A program made the position numbers and the translations under genes. Positions 15,232-17,454 of a stretch of 17,454 nucleotides of DNA are shown piece after piece. The notes under the pieces are model-generated. The model worked only from the letters and a program-made list of their open reading frames with translations, ran no database searches and was not told the origin of the DNA. The stretch is from a virus (Duplodnaviria > Heunggongvirae > Uroviricota > Caudoviricetes), in the IMG/VR virus record IMGVR_UViG_2579778773_000004, positions 1 through 17,454 of that record; one strand, given 5' to 3'. The first letter of the stretch is position 1. Every line of letters starts with the position of its first letter.

Positions 15232-17004
15232 ATGACCATCACCACAGACACCACTCTTTTACACGACCCGCGTCGTCAGGCGGCGCTGCTGTACTGGCAG
15301 GGGTTTTCCGTGCCGCAGATTGCCGCCATGTTGCAGATGAAACGCCCGACGGTGCAGAGCTGGAAACAGCGCGACGGCTGGGACAGCGTTGCCCCCATCA
15401 GCCGTGTCGAAATGAGTCTGGAAGCGCGGCTGACCCAGCTCATCATCAAACCGCAGAAAACCGGCGGTGACTTCAAGGAAATTGACCTGCTGGGACGCCA
15501 GATTGAACGACTGGCACGGGTCAACCGCTACAGTCAGACCGGCAACGAGGCAGACCTTAATCCGAACGTCGCTAACCGCAACAAAGGCGGGCGCCGCAAA
15601 CCGAAAAAGAATTTTTTCAGTGACGAGGCCATCGAAAAGCTGGAGCAGATTTTCTTTGAGCAGTCTTTCGACTATCAGTTGCACTGGTATCGCGCCGGGC
15701 TTGAGCACCGCATCCGCGATATCCTGAAATCCCGCCAGATTGGCGCGACGTTTTATTTTTCCCGCGAGGCGCTGCTGCGCGCCCTGAAAACCGGTCATAA
15801 CCAGATTTTTCTGTCGGCCAGTAAAACGCAGGCGTATGTGTTCCGCGAATACATCATCGCCTTTGCCCGGCTGGTTGACGTTGACCTGACCGGTGACCCG
15901 ATTGTCCTGGGCAATAACGGCGCAAAACTGATTTTTCTCGGCACCAACTCCAACACCGCACAGAGCCATAACGGCGACCTGTACGTCGATGAGATTTTCT
16001 GGATCCCGAATTTTCAGGTACTGCGTAAGGTGGCATCAGGTATGGCCTCACAGAGTCACCTGCGCTCGACCTATTTCTCCACCCCGTCCACGCTGGCGCA
16101 CGACGCCTACCCGTTCTGGTCGGGTGAACTGTTCAACCGGGGACGCGCCAGCGCCGCCGAACGCGTGGAAATCGACGTCAGTCATAACGCCCTTGCCGGT
16201 GGGCTTCTCTGTGCGGACGGCCAGTGGCGGCAGATTGTCACCATTGAGGACGCGCTGAAAGGCGGCTGCACGCTGTTCGACATTGAGCAGCTCAAACGTG
16301 AAAACAGCGCCGACGATTTTAAAAACCTGTTCATGTGTGAATTTGTTGACGACAAAGCGTCGGTGTTCCCGTTCGAGGAGCTGCAACGCTGCATGGTCGA
16401 TACGCTGGAAGAATGGGAAGACTATGCACCGTTTGCCGCAAATCCGTTCGGCTCCCGCCCGGTATGGATTGGTTACGACCCGTCACACCGTGGCGACAGC
16501 GCCGGATGCGTGGTGCTGGCACCGCCGGTGGTGGCCGGTGGCAAATTCAGGATCCTTGAGCGTCACCAGTGGAAAGGCATGGACTTTGCCACCCAGGCAG
16601 AATCCATCCGCAAACTCACCGAAAAATATAACGTTGAATACATCGGGATTGATGCCACCGGCCTCGGTGTCGGTGTGTTCCAGCTCGTGCGCTCGTTCTA
16701 TCCCGCCGCGCGCGATATCCGCTACACGCCGGAAATGAAAACCGCAATGGTGCTCAAGGCAAAAGACGTTATCCGCCGTGGCTGTCTGGAATATGACGTC
16801 AGCGCCACCGACATCACCAGCTCGTTTATGGCTATCCGCAAGACCATGACCAGCAGCGGACGCAGCGCCACCTATGAGGCCAGCCGCAGCGAGGAAGCCA
16901 GCCACGCCGACCTCGCCTGGGCGACCATGCACGCCCTGTTAAATGAGCCACTCACCGCCGGTATCAGCACTCCGCTGACATCCACCATTCTGGAGTTTTA
17001 CTGA
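15232..17004 (+). CDS. P: Terminase large (ATPase) subunit gpP-like (590 aa from start MTITTDTTLLHDPRR...)
   Basis: The track ORF (600 aa) begins at an upstream non-ATG codon (TTG at 15202). ATG at 15232 has GAGG 5 nt upstream. 590 aa matches P2 gpP. Stop overlaps the Q start (ATGA). Confidence 0.96.
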   Translation: MTITTDTTLLHDPRRQAALLYWQGFSVPQIAAMLQMKRPTVQSWKQRDGWDSVAPISRVEMSLEARLTQLIIKPQKTGGDFKEIDLLGRQIERLARVNRYSQTGNEADLNPNVANRNKGGRRKPKKNFFSDEAIEKLEQIFFEQSFDYQLHWYRAGLEHRIRDILKSRQIGATFYFSREALLRALKTGHNQIFLSASKTQAYVFREYIIAFARLVDVDLTGDPIVLGNNGAKLIFLGTNSNTAQSHNGDLYVDEIFWIPNFQVLRKVASGMASQSHLRSTYFSTPSTLAHDAYPFWSGELFNRGRASAAERVEIDVSHNALAGGLLCADGQWRQIVTIEDALKGGCTLFDIEQLKRENSADDFKNLFMCEFVDDKASVFPFEELQRCMVDTLEEWEDYAPFAANPFGSRPVWIGYDPSHRGDSAGCVVLAPPVVAGGKFRILERHQWKGMDFATQAESIRKLTEKYNVEYIGIDATGLGVGVFQLVRSFYPAARDIRYTPEMKTAMVLKAKDVIRRGCLEYDVSATDITSSFMAIRKTMTSSGRSATYEASRSEEASHADLAWATMHALLNEPLTAGISTPLTSTILEFY

Positions 17005-17454
17005 TGAGCAAGAAAAAAGGGAAAACACCGCAACCTGCGGCAAAAACAATGACCGCCAGCGCCCCGAAAATGGAGGCATTCACCTTTGGCGAGCCGGTGC
17101 CGGTACTCGACCGCCGTGATATTCTGGATTACGTCGAGTGCATCAGTAACGGCAGATGGTATGAGCCGCCGGTCAGCTTTACCGGTCTGGCGAAAAGCCT
17201 GCGTGCTGCCGTGCATCACAGCTCGCCGATTTACGTTAAACGCAATATTCTGGCTTCAACGTTTATTCCGCATCCGTGGCTTTCTCAGCAGGATTTCAGC
17301 CGCTTTGTGCTGGATTTTCTGGTGTTCGGCAATGCGTTTCTGGAAAAGCGTTACAGCACCACCGGCAAGGTCATCAGACTGGAAACCTCACCGGCAAAAT
17401 ATACCCGCCGTGGCGTGGAGGAGGATGTTTACTGGTGGGTGCCTTCCTTCAACG
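17004..17454 (+). CDS. Q: Portal (capsid vertex) protein gpQ-like, 5' partial (first 150 codons; continues past window end)
   Basis: Open frame from the ATG at 17004 to the window end (MSKKKGKTPQPAAKTMTASAPKMEAFTFGEPVPVLDRRDILDYVE...). Not in the ORF track because no stop lies in the window. The P-then-Q order matches P2. Confidence 0.92.
   Translation, partial: MSKKKGKTPQPAAKTMTASAPKMEAFTFGEPVPVLDRRDILDYVECISNGRWYEPPVSFTGLAKSLRAAVHHSSPIYVKRNILASTFIPHPWLSQQDFSRFVLDFLVFGNAFLEKRYSTTGKVIRLETSPAKYTRRGVEEDVYWWVPSFN

Noticed and set aside
1-17454. CRISPR array, tRNA/tmRNA or attachment site, integrase, transposase or IS element
   Set aside because: No regularly spaced short direct repeats and no tRNA-like structure or integrase-like ORF were seen. 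The P2 int and att region lies elsewhere on the map, outside this window.

Overview
This 17.4-kb window is the late-gene block of a P2-like (Peduovirus-type) prophage from an enterobacterial host, in inverted orientation relative to the standard P2 map. Gene identities are from recalled homology to phage P2 proteins and matching lengths; no database search was possible. On the + strand: terminase ATPase P (15232-17004) and the 5' part of portal Q (17004 to window end). On the - strand, tightly packed from 15058 down to 4012: O-N-M-L-X (capsid/packaging), Y-K-lysA-lysB/lysC (lysis), R-S (tail completion), V-W-J-I (baseplate), tail fiber H and its chaperone G. This backbone is GC-rich (about 50-55% by eye). 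Left of G (1-4011) the composition drops sharply to AT-rich DNA (near 30% GC in places, by eye). This is the variable cargo locus that in P2 holds Z/fun between G and FI. It carries three same-strand cargo modules: (1) a 309-aa ORF with an HExxH motif (HELGH), a putative zinc metallopeptidase, with a strong RBS and a plausible sigma70 promoter; (2) a 171-aa very basic protein of intermediate GC; (3) an overlapping pair of predicted single-TM membrane proteins (182 aa and 211 aa). A conserved TGGCAC-core junction element lies downstream of G and of each cargo module (4 copies). No rRNA, tRNA, CRISPR array, integrase or transposase was seen. The cargo modules, above all the HExxH protein and the membrane-protein pair, are the best candidates for an undescribed prophage-encoded anti-phage or abortive-infection system; their function cannot be assigned from sequence alone.
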